Shown here: positions 13,485 to 25,931 of the stretch, piece after piece
How the letters are laid out: each line of letters begins with the position of its first letter
Numbering within the stretch: position 1 is the stretch's first letter
Assembly: GCA_002633005.1 (NCBI GenBank)
Contig: NMRA01000785.1
Span: forward strand, 1-64,000
Direction of reading: 5' to 3'
DNA from: Phoronis australis
Lineage: Eukaryota > Animalia > Phoronida
Length of the DNA: 64,000 bases
Program-made: the position numbers and the translations under genes
Notes under the pieces: generated by a model
Told to the model about the DNA's origin: nothing
Databases searched by the model: none
Seen by the model: the letters and a program-made list of their open reading frames with translations, nothing else

Positions 13485-13732
13485 TGTGCATTGGTGTGTG
13501 TGTGTGCGCTAACTGTTCGAACACCAGCCAGGTGGAAGGCGTGAGCTCCTTTAAGTTCCCAAGAGAAAAGCATCTGACAGCGAAATGGCACGTTTTCGTG
13601 TGCACTGCTTAACTTTGGAAAATGACTGTCGAGTCAGCCATCTGTCAGAGCCGAAATATGCTCAGATCATTTTGAGGACGGCTGCTTCGACGACAGACAC
13701 ATCATGAAGGTTGAAACTGGTCTAGCAAAAAG
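13485..13732 (+). pseudogene. THAP domain remnant (transposon-derived)
   Basis: CVCANCSNTSQVEGVSSFKFPREKHLTAKWHVFV..W..ICSDHFEDGCF, ending at donor AG|GTAAGT at 13733. Contains a stop and a frameshift. Confidence 0.75.
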
Positions 13733-14478
13733 GTAAGTTACCTTGATAATTTTGATGCCTAAGAATTCATGACGCTTTTGCATTGCCTGAACAATAACGA
13801 TATTTTTTCATAAAAATTATAGTTCTCGAGTGTTTAAAAGTCCGTAGTTTTTCTGTGAATGATCTAGTTAGAAATGGATAAAACTAAAATCCACTGCAAA
13901 GAAAGTTGATCTCAAAAGATGCATGTGTTTTGAAAAGAATGCAAACTATCAATAAAGTAAAACACGATTGTAACCGAATTCCAAAGTTTTGATTATTAAA
14001 GTTTTCTGCTTAAAAAAGAATTAAAATCTAGATTTGGTTTTTGCATGAAGGTAATAAAAGTAGGCGAAAACTTGTCATTAGATATCGCTGTGTTTAACTT
14101 TAACAATGGACTACACTTGATTGAAAATGTTTTTTTTTTTACTTTTGAACTGCAGTGAAAAAAAAACGGGCGCACCACTGTGGACTTTTTGTTTCTTGCA
14201 GGCGGACCTTTTGTCCACTTCGCCAAATGGGGGGCTCGTTTGAGGCCCCGAGCCCCACTGGGTGCTCGCATGTTAGTCACATGTAAGGCCTGGTCACGAT
14301 AGTCCTAGCAATCTTAGATAAAGTATTTTCAAACTTTATCTTAATTTTATGTTGTTTGTAACTGTTTTTATTTGTTTGGTTACTAGTCTTTCGTGTTTTA
14401 CTTCAACCGACTACACCCCGGCCATCCCGCGATCGGGAAAGACCAGAAAGCGATCGAGGACGACACTTTGCAACAAAA

Positions 14479-16219
14479 ATGGCAGACGACATTGATGCAC
14501 CCGGTGAGTTTTAGTGTCATTCTCTTCTTTAATAGTCGCTACTTTGGTACGAATGCGACACAAAGAAAAGCGTCATGGCTAAGCCTTTGTTGCCGATCTA
14601 AAATGATGCTTGGCTTTTGCTTATTTTATCAAATAAAGGGCCCAGAAAGCAATGGCTTCCGATAAAATGCCTTGTGCGTCCTTAAGTCGACAAGTTTTAC
14701 TTATTATTAGGAGTTCCAGGGTTCTAAAGGAAATGTAACGTTTAGAGCTTAATTGCCCCAGGCGACACCTTTCGAAGTTGTTTTGTGAAACAATTCGAGA
14801 TATTTACCATTACAAGCTGGTCCTTTTGTGAGACGGCGACCGAGAACGAAATCGTTACTTTTATATTGCAATCGTGAACGCAAAAAGCGATTGTGAACGC
14901 AGATTCATTTTTTTTTTCTCTGCCTTGGCCTGAATACTCATTCAAGTTACCGTGCTATGTCAGTTTTACATTTAATTCGTACCCTGAAACAGGCGCCATG
15001 TGGGTTGATTGTTTGTGATACTTCACTGTTTTTCATGATTTTTGTGAGATTTAAGCGGACAAGTATAACTGAAATGCTTTTGATATTTTTCAGGTGAACT
15101 TCTGCCACAAGATGAGTTTTTAGCTTCTTAAGGCCAACATGTACATGTACGCCTTCGAAGAGGAGAACTAGACAGTGTGTGTGACAAAGGACTATATCTG
15201 GCTTATGGAGCTTCGTTTAGTAAAAAAGCAACACTGCTTGACCACATGGCAACGAAGCATTGTTACACGACTGCAACCAAGACGTTCACCTGCCCAGTGA
15301 CGGACTGTGGGAAAGTGTTCGTGAGACAAAGTTTCAAGATCACATGAGCCAGCACGCAAATTACAAAGCATTTTCGTGTGTACCATGAGGCAAGACGTTT
15401 TTCAACAGGTACAAGAAATCAAAAAATGAAGCATTGTGCTCAATTCTTCCTTCTCCGCGATAACGAAATAGCATTGTACAAATCAAGATGTGGCCTTTTC
15501 CTCAACTCTGACAAGTTCAGGCACAACTTTAGTAATGTCTCTCTAAATTGTAAATGTGGTGACCATCAATCTTATCCTCATATTTTCTACAAATTTCCCC
15601 TCATCGAATACCAGAGAAACTCACTCTTTCGTGCACTCAATGAAAACCAATCAATTGTTAACGCTCTCAATTCTTGTAATAATATCCCTACTAGAGTTAC
15701 ATTATTATTGAATGGTAGTCCTAACCTTGACCTCTTTCTCAACGAATTCCTCCTAAGCAACGTTAGTAAATTGTTATGTGCCGTTTATCAATATTGTTGC
15801 ATCTGATTTCCATACATGAATCTGTACATATTTTTGTTTTCATGTATTTGTAATAGCATACCTAAGTATTGGAATACTTATATTAGATACTACTTCATTG
15901 TATATGCCTATAAGTATATTAGTTTCATTTATGAATTGATTACAACCTAGATATAATGCTTCGCGATTTCTGGGTTTGTTATTATTTCTTTGCATGTTCT
16001 GTGTATTCTTCAATAAATATATATCACTTTAAAAAAAACATTGTGCTCAGGAGACAAGGCAATTCAGTGTAGTACCTGCAATCAATATTTCACAGAGAAA
16101 GTGAGCTAAAGCGACACATCGTGTCACAACATGATGTCACTGCATTCTGTTGTGAATGCGGCAAGTCGTACAAGCATTATGCCTCCCTCTGCAGGCATAA
16201 AAAGCAGAACCTTCATTAA
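14479..16219 (+). pseudogene. Multi-C2H2 zinc-finger gene, decayed and interrupted by a LINE
   Basis: Exon MADDIDAP-G (14479-14503, GTGAGT donor) splices in phase 1 to 15094. Fingers ASFSKKATLLDHMATKH, CPVTDCGKVF..DHMSQH, CSTCNQYF..LKRHIVSQH and CECGKSYKHYASLCRHKKQNLH-stop. Several stops and frameshifts. Confidence 0.8.
15443..16038 (+). mobile_element. 5'-truncated non-LTR retrotransposon (CR1/L2-group 3' end)
   Basis: 11-bp TSD CATTGTGCTCA (15432-15442 and 16039-16049), AATAAA, A-tail, and an ORF2-type C-terminal RCG..LN..CKCG..H..P motif. Confidence 0.85.
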
Positions 16220-16882
16220 GTCCAGTAGTGAAATTTGTTAAGTTTTTATTCAGATTAAAAGAGTTTATGGTTGGCAATTGCCAGATGTGATATTTTGAAC
16301 TTTTTTCTAAAGTTTGTACATTTGTGTTATTTTAACTATCTTTAAGAGAACCAGTGTATTTTTGTAGTGTTTAGGTAGATTTAAATGACCATACTAAGTG
16401 CCATTGGCTATTGTTATTACCATAAGATTTTTAAAAGAAAATATGTGTCTATAATAAGTGCAATGTATTCCAAAAATACCTCGTGGGAAACGTACAATGA
16501 CTTTGTAATGTTGATTTCCCAGAGCGATATTTTATATATTTTTGCATGACCATTTTGAGATACATGTAGGTGTGATTAAAAGATTACTATTATTAAGGAA
16601 TCTGCTTTCATATTGTTGATTTCCAGTGTATTCACTATAGTGTGTCTTGAAATGACTTAAAGACAACACCGCCACTACCTTTTAAGAAAATCACAACAGA
16701 CTACATGTATGTATATTACAACTCCTCTCACTCTTTTTCAATGTCCTATGAACTGAAATAGCACGGTGAACTCAGGACCAAGAACACAAACACATACAAG
16801 CCACAAGGATGTAGCAAGTCAGTCTGTTCATCTCTGAATGGATGTTAGCAGTAAACCATCAAACAAAATCAGAGCACTATTA

Positions 16883-19800
16883 TCACCACAATACTTTTGG
16901 ATACACAACTTCCGACAAATTTTGAAATCCGAGTCGTTTATGTGCAGGTATCTTCGAGTCATCTCGCGAATGGTGTCGCCGCACTCCCGGCTTTATCACC
17001 ATGGGTGGACTCGCTTGGCAACACTTTCCGTCCTTTCCGAAGATGCTTCTTGCGATCCCTTTACTCTGAATCAAAGTAATGGTCACTGAAAAAAGGAATC
17101 TTGAATTTTGTATCGCATGTCGTCTGCTGAAGAGAATGAAAGGGTTACGACCTTGTGAGGTCTCAAAATTTAATGAATTATTAATCCACCGTTGAGGCTT
17201 TCGACGCTAGCCAATGTTTTCAAAGTAGTGGAAATACCGTAATATCACGCATAAGCGCTTGGATGTTCATTTATTTGAGGGTATTTTTGACACGGCGCTC
17301 ATGAAGACCTTGCTTATTTGACAATGCAACGATTCGATTATTTTTTAAAACAATGACACTTTACGTGCCTTTATCAGCACTAATACGCGACATTATGATA
17401 ATGAATAGATGAAGGAAGACGAAAAGAAGAGAAAGTTGACTACAGAAAAAGTAATGTATACAAGAAAACGATTACAGTTAACGTGTATCACATAACACTA
17501 ACCTTGGAAATAACAGACTAGAAACTAATGCAGTGTGAATGCCTTACGTTTGGTCGCGAAAACATTGTTGGGTTTCATCGGACTCACACTGTCTCACAAG
17601 ATCCACTACGGCTCGTGTGGTTGACATATACATGTACATATACAGTGTACATGTATATATACATGTACATGTAGATGTACATGTATATGTACATGTAGAT
17701 GTACATGTATATACATATACATATACATGTACATATACATGTACATATAGATGTACATGCATATACATATACATATACATGTACATATATATGTACATAT
17801 ACATGTACATATAGATGTACATGTACATGTATATAGATGTACATGTACATGTACAAATAGAATGATCTGAAACCAAGTAGGGCGTTTTATAGGAGATGAA
17901 ACATATACACGAGAATACTTTTGAAATAATTCAAACCCTTACTAGCACCTCTTACAAAATCCAACAAGCTAGTTGATTTAAATTTATACCATTTCTTACA
18001 GTTCGACTACGTACTAACTATTTTGATTATACATATGAGCTCCTGTGTGAAAATAAATTAATGCTTAGATGACCTAAAAACTTTTTCCCGTCACTGCTCA
18101 GAGCATACAATGTAGGTATGTGAAACATTCTTTCATTTTTTATTCATCGAGTGTTTTCATTTTTGCTGCCACAATATTTTCAAAAATTTAACTAAAAACA
18201 ATACTTGCGTCAGATATCAAACATAAAGAGTTGATACGTCCACGTATTTTACAGTCGGTCTTGGGTAGGAAACTCGCTTGATTCTAATTTATGATTACCT
18301 GCTTGGGTCAATTCTGCAGTTGTCTAAATCTGCAACTGCTGTCACCATGAGGAATGGAGTCTAGTTTTGGTGTCCCTTGTCCAGTGAAGTCCATATCTCG
18401 GAATGTTGGAAAGAAGTTTTCCACCTGCTGAGAACCTATTGTACTAACATTATATGTTTGATTTCAGCAGAAAGGGAAAATTTGCATTTTCCTTTCCAAG
18501 TGTACCAACAATGCCTCGAAGGTCTGTATCGGTATGCCTCTGATATATCGGGTTAGTGGCGGAAACGTGTTCACTGCAAATTCTTCTAAAAGCCATTTTC
18601 TAAGGCCAAGCCTTCGGATGCATCTTTCAGCAGCAGGTATGGCCGGCTCGTCCTCGGCATCAAACCAGTTTCGTATTAAATCACAAAATTATTTCTTGCC
18701 AACATATTCGTCAAGCATATTTTTTGAACATCCCTGGAAAATACACGTCTTGCTAAACCTTCATCTTGCTTGTCAACGCAATCCTCAATCACAGCAATAT
18801 TGAGATTGGTTTTACGAGATAGAGCAACATCTTCCAATGCTTTTCGCTTTAAACCAGCAATTCCAGTAGTACGGTTCTGTCCTAATACAGGTCAAAATGT
18901 GGCAGGCGTCGGTGAAGTGGAACCTGTTCTTGCCGTATCGGTCAGTATTCGGACGACAAAACCAATTCTTCATTCTATTTTCACAATCACACAAGAAAAC
19001 ACAAAGTGTGGTAAAATGGTCCAGATTCAATCAACTGTCGTAAAGCTTTATGACGAGAATCTTAGCAAGCTCTTGTTTGATGCACGTTCTAAAACAGAAC
19101 AACACATTTTTCTTAGTGAGGAAACACTTCGACTGCGCTGACGATACTTCCTATTAGAGTGTTTACAGCAAAGTTCAATGTAGACGTGAACAACTGAACT
19201 AGCTCCTTCTTTGAGGGTTTAATGTCGAAACAAACAGCTCAACACTTACAGACACATTTGGAGTTCAAACTTGTGGAATGCCTTATTGCAAGTGGTCTTA
19301 CTTGCGAAAAGACTTTTGAAGTCTTCAACAGTTTTTTGTGAACAATTATGAATGTTTTCTCACATTTCATTTGCTTCCAAAGTATTCAGCATGGATTCAG
19401 ACGTTGCAGTGTCCACAGTGTAACGATCTCCAGAAATTAACAGCTCCACATTTCCATTCTCCTTACTTTCAAGTACATGTTCTGTGTTCACACATATGTT
19501 GTCATCATTGGCACATACTGTGTAGTTGAGATTTTCTTCACTCAATTCCATGTGGTCACCATCTGTTCTCAAAGGCATTTTATCAACACTCGTATCGATC
19601 ACAGAAGTTGTCATGGCCATTACTGTACAAGGCCTCAAAAGCCCCAGAGAGCACGTCAGATGTTACGCCAAAACGTCGTGTAGCATCTGGTTCTTCTTTG
19701 AAAAATCATGGTTCGACAAATTAGTCCTGTCCAAAGAACTCATGCGAAGTTTGCACGTTATTTGTTACTGAGCTTTCACTTATATTTTCAAAAGTATTTA

Positions 19801-21500
19801 GAGTTTTGAGAGAGGTGTTTTCAAAGTGTTCCTCCTCAAGGAGTGCGAGGCATGTTGTTTTTACAGATAACAGGTGATATTCAGTTCCATCATACCTGTT
19901 CTGGCAAGTAGCAACAATGGTTGCATTTCTCTGGGATTTTGAGTGCTTTGTGTTTAAATACCCAGTCCGCGGTGAATCTGTCTTGTGCCAGACAGTTAGG
20001 AAACCATTGACATTGTACTCTATATGGACATCTTCGGGAAAACTCTTTACACTTGCTTAACATTTTATTTGGGGACATAGTCGTCTTCTTATCTTGTGAC
20101 ATCACACTTGACCAGTGATCTTTCCGTAATTGCAAGACAGTCAATGGTCCGTTGTCATCACCGAGAACTCCGTACTTGTGCCATTGTCGATCTCTAGACG
20201 TGGCCAGCACGTTAAGATTCCTCGCTTCGCATTCAGAGATAACGTGATTCACACTTCTAAAGGTGGCATTATTCATGCTTGTTCCCTTCATTGCATACGC
20301 TATAGGGTGGGCAACATTTAATCGTTCAGCATGTAGACCAGAATCACGGATGCAGTTGTCCTAGACAACTGATAAGCCCGATTAATCCACTATTTCGTCG
20401 ACACAAGGGAGTTCTGAAAGTCTCTAGCTGTAAAAATTGGCTTGGCGTCATTTGAACTCTGTGGCGATATATAAGCGTAATCACTTTGGACGTCTAGCGA
20501 TGGTTACTTAACAGCAACACATGACAAAAACTCACCGAGAAAGTGGATGTTATTCTCCATAAATGCAGCGATTTGTTCTTGGATGAGCTTTCGACCAGGT
20601 CTGAACTTGGTAGGTAGCTTTGGATTTGGACTGCCATACACTTCTGTCATTTCTTCTCAGCACATTCGCCATAGGTGATGGTCGAAATTAACCATGAAAG
20701 CAGTAAGTGACGTCTCTGACCAGCACGTAAAGAGTAATTTATCACATCTGTAAGCAAGCATCTCAGCGAGTAACTGGACAGCGTAATATTTAGGAATCTT
20801 GTAGTATGCATTAGGATTATAGGACTGGAGTGCTTTGCACTTGTTTTCATACATCGTTATTGGTTCTGCATTATCATTTGTCCTGAGACTGCCAGGCAGA
20901 CTCACTACCATGAATGCTGCTTTGTCGCCGTGAGGTATTTCTTGGTACCCTTCTTCGCAATAGCTCAGTTCTGGAAATAGAAACGGCAACACTTAAGATA
21001 TCATTGTTTCGACTGCGTCCAGTTCGTGTTTAGTTCCATGAAGCATTCTCCGAGTGTTAAGTGCACCGAACGAGGTTTTTCTTTGCCGAGAATTACTTGG
21101 TCAAAATGTTCTGTTTGTCTTTTTAAGGTCTCTAAGCTGAGTGCGCAATTGGCCGTACTCCCACTAACTTCCGCTTCACTGCCAAAAGAAAACTACTCCG
21201 GGGTTCTTTGTTGCATATACCGTGGATCATTCAGTCGACTTATTGAAGTCCGGCTTCACTGAATAAAAGTTGTTATGATAGCTGAACTAAATACTCGGAA
21301 TAAAGGATTCATTTCCCATTAATGTCAATTCCCAATTATGTGGTCTCTACCGACAGCTGAAGACCTTCTTTAAGATGGGCTCGAATTTCACTGCGCTTTG
21401 TCCTCGTTAAAGGGATGACCGGGAAATACTTGGACTTCATCCAGTCATCTCCGCCGAGTCGCTTGAACTTCTCTTCAGAGCGGATTAGCGTCTGTTCAGC
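16883..21500 (-). mobile_element. Decayed gene fusing a YqaJ/lambda-exonuclease domain to a P-element-like DDE transposase
   Basis: YqaJ motifs QRTPE, GS, HGTKHE, EEG, YENKC and YYAVQLLAEM (21216-20657). Then PIAYAMKG..DRQW (about 20200), DACH (18899-18910), DKQDEGLARRVFS, FCDLIRNWFDAED and SQQVENFF (ENFF at 18410-18421), with small spliced 3' exons. Many stops and frameshifts. Confidence 0.75.
17623..17855. repeat. TACATG/TATACA-type microsatellite
   Basis: About 230 bp of near-pure alternating purine-pyrimidine hexamer variants; source of the spurious MYMY/TCTY ORFs. Confidence 0.95.
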
Positions 21501-21550
21501 ATCTTTCGTTGTTTTATTACGATATCATATGAACTTAATCACTGAATTCA

Positions 21551-23690
21551 ATTTATTTATTTATTATTGTGATATTTAAAATGAGGGTGGCCTCTTCAGT
21601 GTTAGCACTGCTTTTCAAGAGGGCCCTCAACAAGAAAAACAGTTATATAATACGATGAAGAAATAAAACAACAATAGTAACAAAGATACACTTAAAACAG
21701 GTAGAGAATTAAGACATTAACTAAGCGACGAATAATGGTAAAAATTTAACTAAGACAGATGAAATGAAATAAATTAAGAGATGACTCTAGACAGTGAGAG
21801 TATTTACCACAATGAAAAAGTGATATGATTAAGACAGGCAGGGTATAAAAGGTTAGGTAAATTACAGCCACTTTTTATTATTTACTTTAAAGGTAGTGAT
21901 TGAATTGGGCCGTTTAATTTCTGGGCTAAGAGAATTCCATATTACAGCAGCTGCATAGAAAAAAGATCTATTGCCCGTCTCGATTTTAATTTTTTTAGAA
22001 GAAACATTGCCAGCAACAGAAGAACGTGAAGAATATACAGCCTGACTGCTATTGAATTTACTGCTGAGATACATGTATGCTGGAGCCAAGCCTTTGATGC
22101 ATCTGTACATGCAACAGGCAGAGAGATATTTATTTCTTTGTCTTACTTTCATAAATCCCAGCTTGGAATACAAGTCGTCAACCCTATTATCCCTAATTCT
22201 AGTACCCAGGATAGCCCTGGCGGCTATATTTTGGATTACTTAGACTTTGCTGAGAAGTATGTCACTGGAGTGCCCCCAAACCGGAAAACAATAATCAATA
22301 TGAGGCTGTATAATACAATGGTAAAGGGTCTTAAGAGTACTGACATTAAGAAATTTACCTAGACGTTTAAGTACACCGATTTTCTTTGATAATTTCTTTG
22401 TGATATGATCTATGTGCATATTAAATTTAAGATTGGGATCTAAAATAGGCCCAAGAACTTAAACTTGTCAACATTCTCGATAAGAGAACCGTTGAAACAA
22501 AGGGATAGTTTTTGCTGTTTTAATTTCTGGTGGGTTCCAAACAGCATCGAATTGGTTTTACTTATGTTAAGAGTGAGTTTATTTTGAATCAGTCAGTCAT
22601 GGATAAGGGCTAGTTCATCGTTGAAAGAAGTTTCGAGTTCTTTTACTGATCCAGCTGTGGACATAACTGCAGTGTCATCAGCGTATAAAACTGGGACACT
22701 GTTGTGGAGGAAAGTCGTTAACAAAAATAGTGAATAATAGAGGGCCCAAAATAGAACCCTGAGGTACCTCCGTGATTACTGTTGAGTAGTCAGAAAGTAT
22801 ACCACCGTATTTGGTGGCCTGTTTACGGTCGTATAAGTAGTTTCTAAACCAATGGAGTTCGTTATCATTAACTCCATATGACTCAAGTTTCTGCAATAGG
22901 ATACCATGGTCCACAGTGTCAAAGGCTTTCTTGAGGTAAAAAAGACAGCACCAGTAAGCCTCCCCTGATCCATATTATTAAAGATAAACTCAGTAGCATG
23001 AATGTTTGTAGTAAGAGTGGAATGCAAGAGGCGGAAACCAGATTGTGCTGCCGAGAGAAGGGAATTTTGCTCCAGGAACTGGAGAAGCTGCTTTTGAACA
23101 CACCTTTCAAGAATTTTGGACACTGCAGAGAGGACCAATATTGGTCTATAATTTTTGCAACTTGACTTTTTGCCATCTTTAAAAACAGGAGTAACAACTG
23201 CCATCTTCCACTCTCTAGGAACTGTGTCCGTTTTTAAACTTAAATTCATGATATTGGTAAGGGGCTCAGCTATTTGTTGAGACGCCAGTTTTAATAGTTT
23301 GGCATCAATGCTATCGATGCCACTGGCACTACTAGAGTTCAGAGCTTTTATTTGTTCTCGGACGTAGTCAACTTTAATGTCTTGTAACTTAAATGATATT
23401 CCCTCTTGTATCATGGGCAGGAGCTCAATAGTTGACATACTGAAATTCTCATCAAGTTTTTGGCCAATGCCAGTAAAAAAGTCATTAAATGTATTTGCTA
23501 TTTACTTTGTCCGAAACAACACCGTTTCCAATTTAGAAATTCATTTGCGGCAGACTTAGACTTGTTAGGTAAAATTAATTTTATGATTTTCCAGAGAGTT
23601 TTCCCGTTAGATTTGTTTTCAATAATAACTTGGTCGTAATACTCGGCCTTAGCACGTTTAATTTAATTCTGTACGCATTTCGTTACGTGT
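21551..23690 (-). mobile_element. L2/Crack-group LINE, 5'-truncated, RT frameshifted
   Basis: RT motifs NYRPILVLSAVSKILE, QSGFR..HST, (DLKKAFD)[16 protein letters not shown] and YADDT. A 3' stem-loop (21582-21627) and an (AATA)n tail lie at about 21551-21567. Confidence 0.92.
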
Positions 23691-24666
23691 ATTTTAAACG
23701 GGCGGTAGGCAAATCCGGCCACCGATTTTGAGTTTCACTTCCTCAAAATACGTTCCAATTCTGAGGAGGTGAAACTCAAAATTAACGCTTTTTAAATGAT
23801 AGTCTTAAAAACCTATCGTTTAAAAAGCGTTTACTTTCATCATTGGTCCTTTCTACACTTCTATACATATCTTCGACGAAGTTTAGTTGTGAGAATTGAG
23901 GTGAATTTGGCGAAGAATTCCGGCAACTCAACTTTTTTGGTTGCCGTTAACTTTTTCACCACGCCCGAGATAAGTATGTCAACTGAGTCACGTCACTGAG
24001 TTAGGCAAAGGCTAGCGCGAGACTGAGCGAAGCGCGTGACGTCAGCGCGTGACACAGGCAACTTATGACACTGATGAGAATAAGGTGAAATTTGTGAGAT
24101 TTGTGTCCCTTGGACTTTTTATTCGTCAACATGCGTGATTTCACGATACTTCTTCAAAACGGCCTGATCGAGTAACTAGAGCAAACCGCTTGTTCAAATT
24201 ATCTTGACTGAATCGCCGTATCCAGATCTCATGGTATGAGTTGTTTATAACTCCATGTGCATATATGCATGTTTCATTTGATTTTATTTCTTGTATTTTG
24301 AAATGAGTAAATTTTTGTGGGGATGTACTATCGCCCCTGTATGCCTGAGACATCATGGGCTATTGCCTAGCTACCACCTCTAGCGGCACGCAGGGCGGAA
24401 CCAGCGAGAACAAATGTATTGGCATGATAATAAATGTTAATGACACGAACCAGTATCACAACTATAACATGGATTCGGTACCCGGATCATGCCACAAGTC
24501 CTTGTATATTTCCGAAACAAAACACTACTCCTGGTACTCACAAAAGTCCCTGATATACCCTCTGACTGTGTTCCGTCCCGTAAGTCCCGCCCTGAGATTC
24601 CGATTTGTATCAAGTCGATCAGCTGTGCACCGGAAGGCCACGTAGCAGCCTCGCTTTGAGTTAAAA

Positions 24667-24835
24667 ATGGAGACCTCCTTGCGCCGGTGTTTGTTATTCC
24701 CGCTTATATGCACAGTACTTCTCCAGTTATGCCTCGCTCACGGTCACGGGCACGAGCACGAGCACGAGCACGGGCATTCCCATGAACCAGCTCATTTCAA
24801 GTACAGCAAACAGGCTAATGAACCCCTACAGCACG
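24667..24835 (+). other. Duplicate copy of SLC39A7 exon 1
   Basis: Encodes the same peptide as 25763-25931 and has the same GTAAG donor; lies inside the N-joined duplication. Confidence 0.85.
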
Positions 24836-25762
24836 GTAAGAAATCAAACGTAGCACGATAAGCCGTGACGTGTACATCCCGTCTCAGTCAGTAAACACAG
24901 TCAGGTAAATAAGTAGGCCCTATTAATTTTTANCTTTCTACACTTCTATACATATCTTCGACGAAGTTTAGTTGTGAGAATTGAGGTGAATTTGGCGAAG
25001 AATTCCGGCAACTCAACTTTTTTTGGTTGCCGTTAACTTTTTCACCACGCCCGAGATAAGTATGTCAACTGAGTCACGTGAGTTAGGCAAAGGCTAGCGC
25101 GAGACTGAGCGAGGCGCGTGCCCGCCGCTAGCGCGTGACAGACACAGGCAACTTATGACACTGATGAGAATAAGGTAAAATTTGTGAGTTTTGTGTCCCT
25201 TGGACTTTTTATTCGTCAACATGCGTGATTTCACGATACTTGTTCAAAACGGCCTGAGTAACTAGAGCAAACCGCGACATATTTTCATCCATTTGTTCAA
25301 ATTATCTTGACTGAATCGTCTCCGGATTTATGGTATGAGTTGTTTATAACTCCATGTGCATATATGCATGTTTCATTTGATTTTATTTCTTGTATTTTGA
25401 AATGAGTAAATTTTTGTGGGGATGTACTATCGCCCCTGTATGCCTGAGGCATCCAGGGCGATTGCCTAGCTACCACCTTTTTTAGGGGCACGCAGGGAAC
25501 CAGCGAGAACAAATTGTATTGCATGATAATAAATGTTAACGACACGAACCAGCATCACAACTATAACATGGATTCGATAGCCGGATCATGCCACAAGTCC
25601 TTGTATATTTCCGAAACAAAACACTACTCCTGGTACTCACAAATGTCACTGATGTACCCTCTGGCTGTGTTCCGTCCCGTTAGTCCCGCCAGATTCCGAT
25701 TTGTATCAAGTCGATCAGCTGTGCACCGGAAGGCCACGTAGCAGCCTCGCTTTGAGTTAAAA

Positions 25763-25931
25763 ATGGAGACCTCCTTGCGCCGGTGTTTGTTATTCCCGCT
25801 TATATGCACAGTACTTCTCCAGTTATGCCTCGCTCACGGTCACGGGCACGAGCACGAGCATGAGCACGGGCATTCCCATGAACCAGCTCATTTCAAGTAC
25901 AGCAAACAGGCTAATGAACCCCTACAGCACG
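25763..25931 (+). CDS. SLC39A7: Zinc transporter ZIP7/Catsup, exon 1 (signal peptide, His-rich start)
   Basis: METSLRR..CLA-HGHGHEHEH..EPAHFKYSKQANE; phase-1 donor G|GTAAG at 25932. Confidence 0.92.

Noticed and set aside
17539-17876. MYMY/TCTY ORFs
   Set aside because: Translation of a microsatellite.
24667-24861. Second ZIP7 gene or secreted 64-aa His-rich peptide
   Set aside because: It is exon 1 read into the intron, and it is duplicated across an N, so most likely an uncollapsed haplotype.
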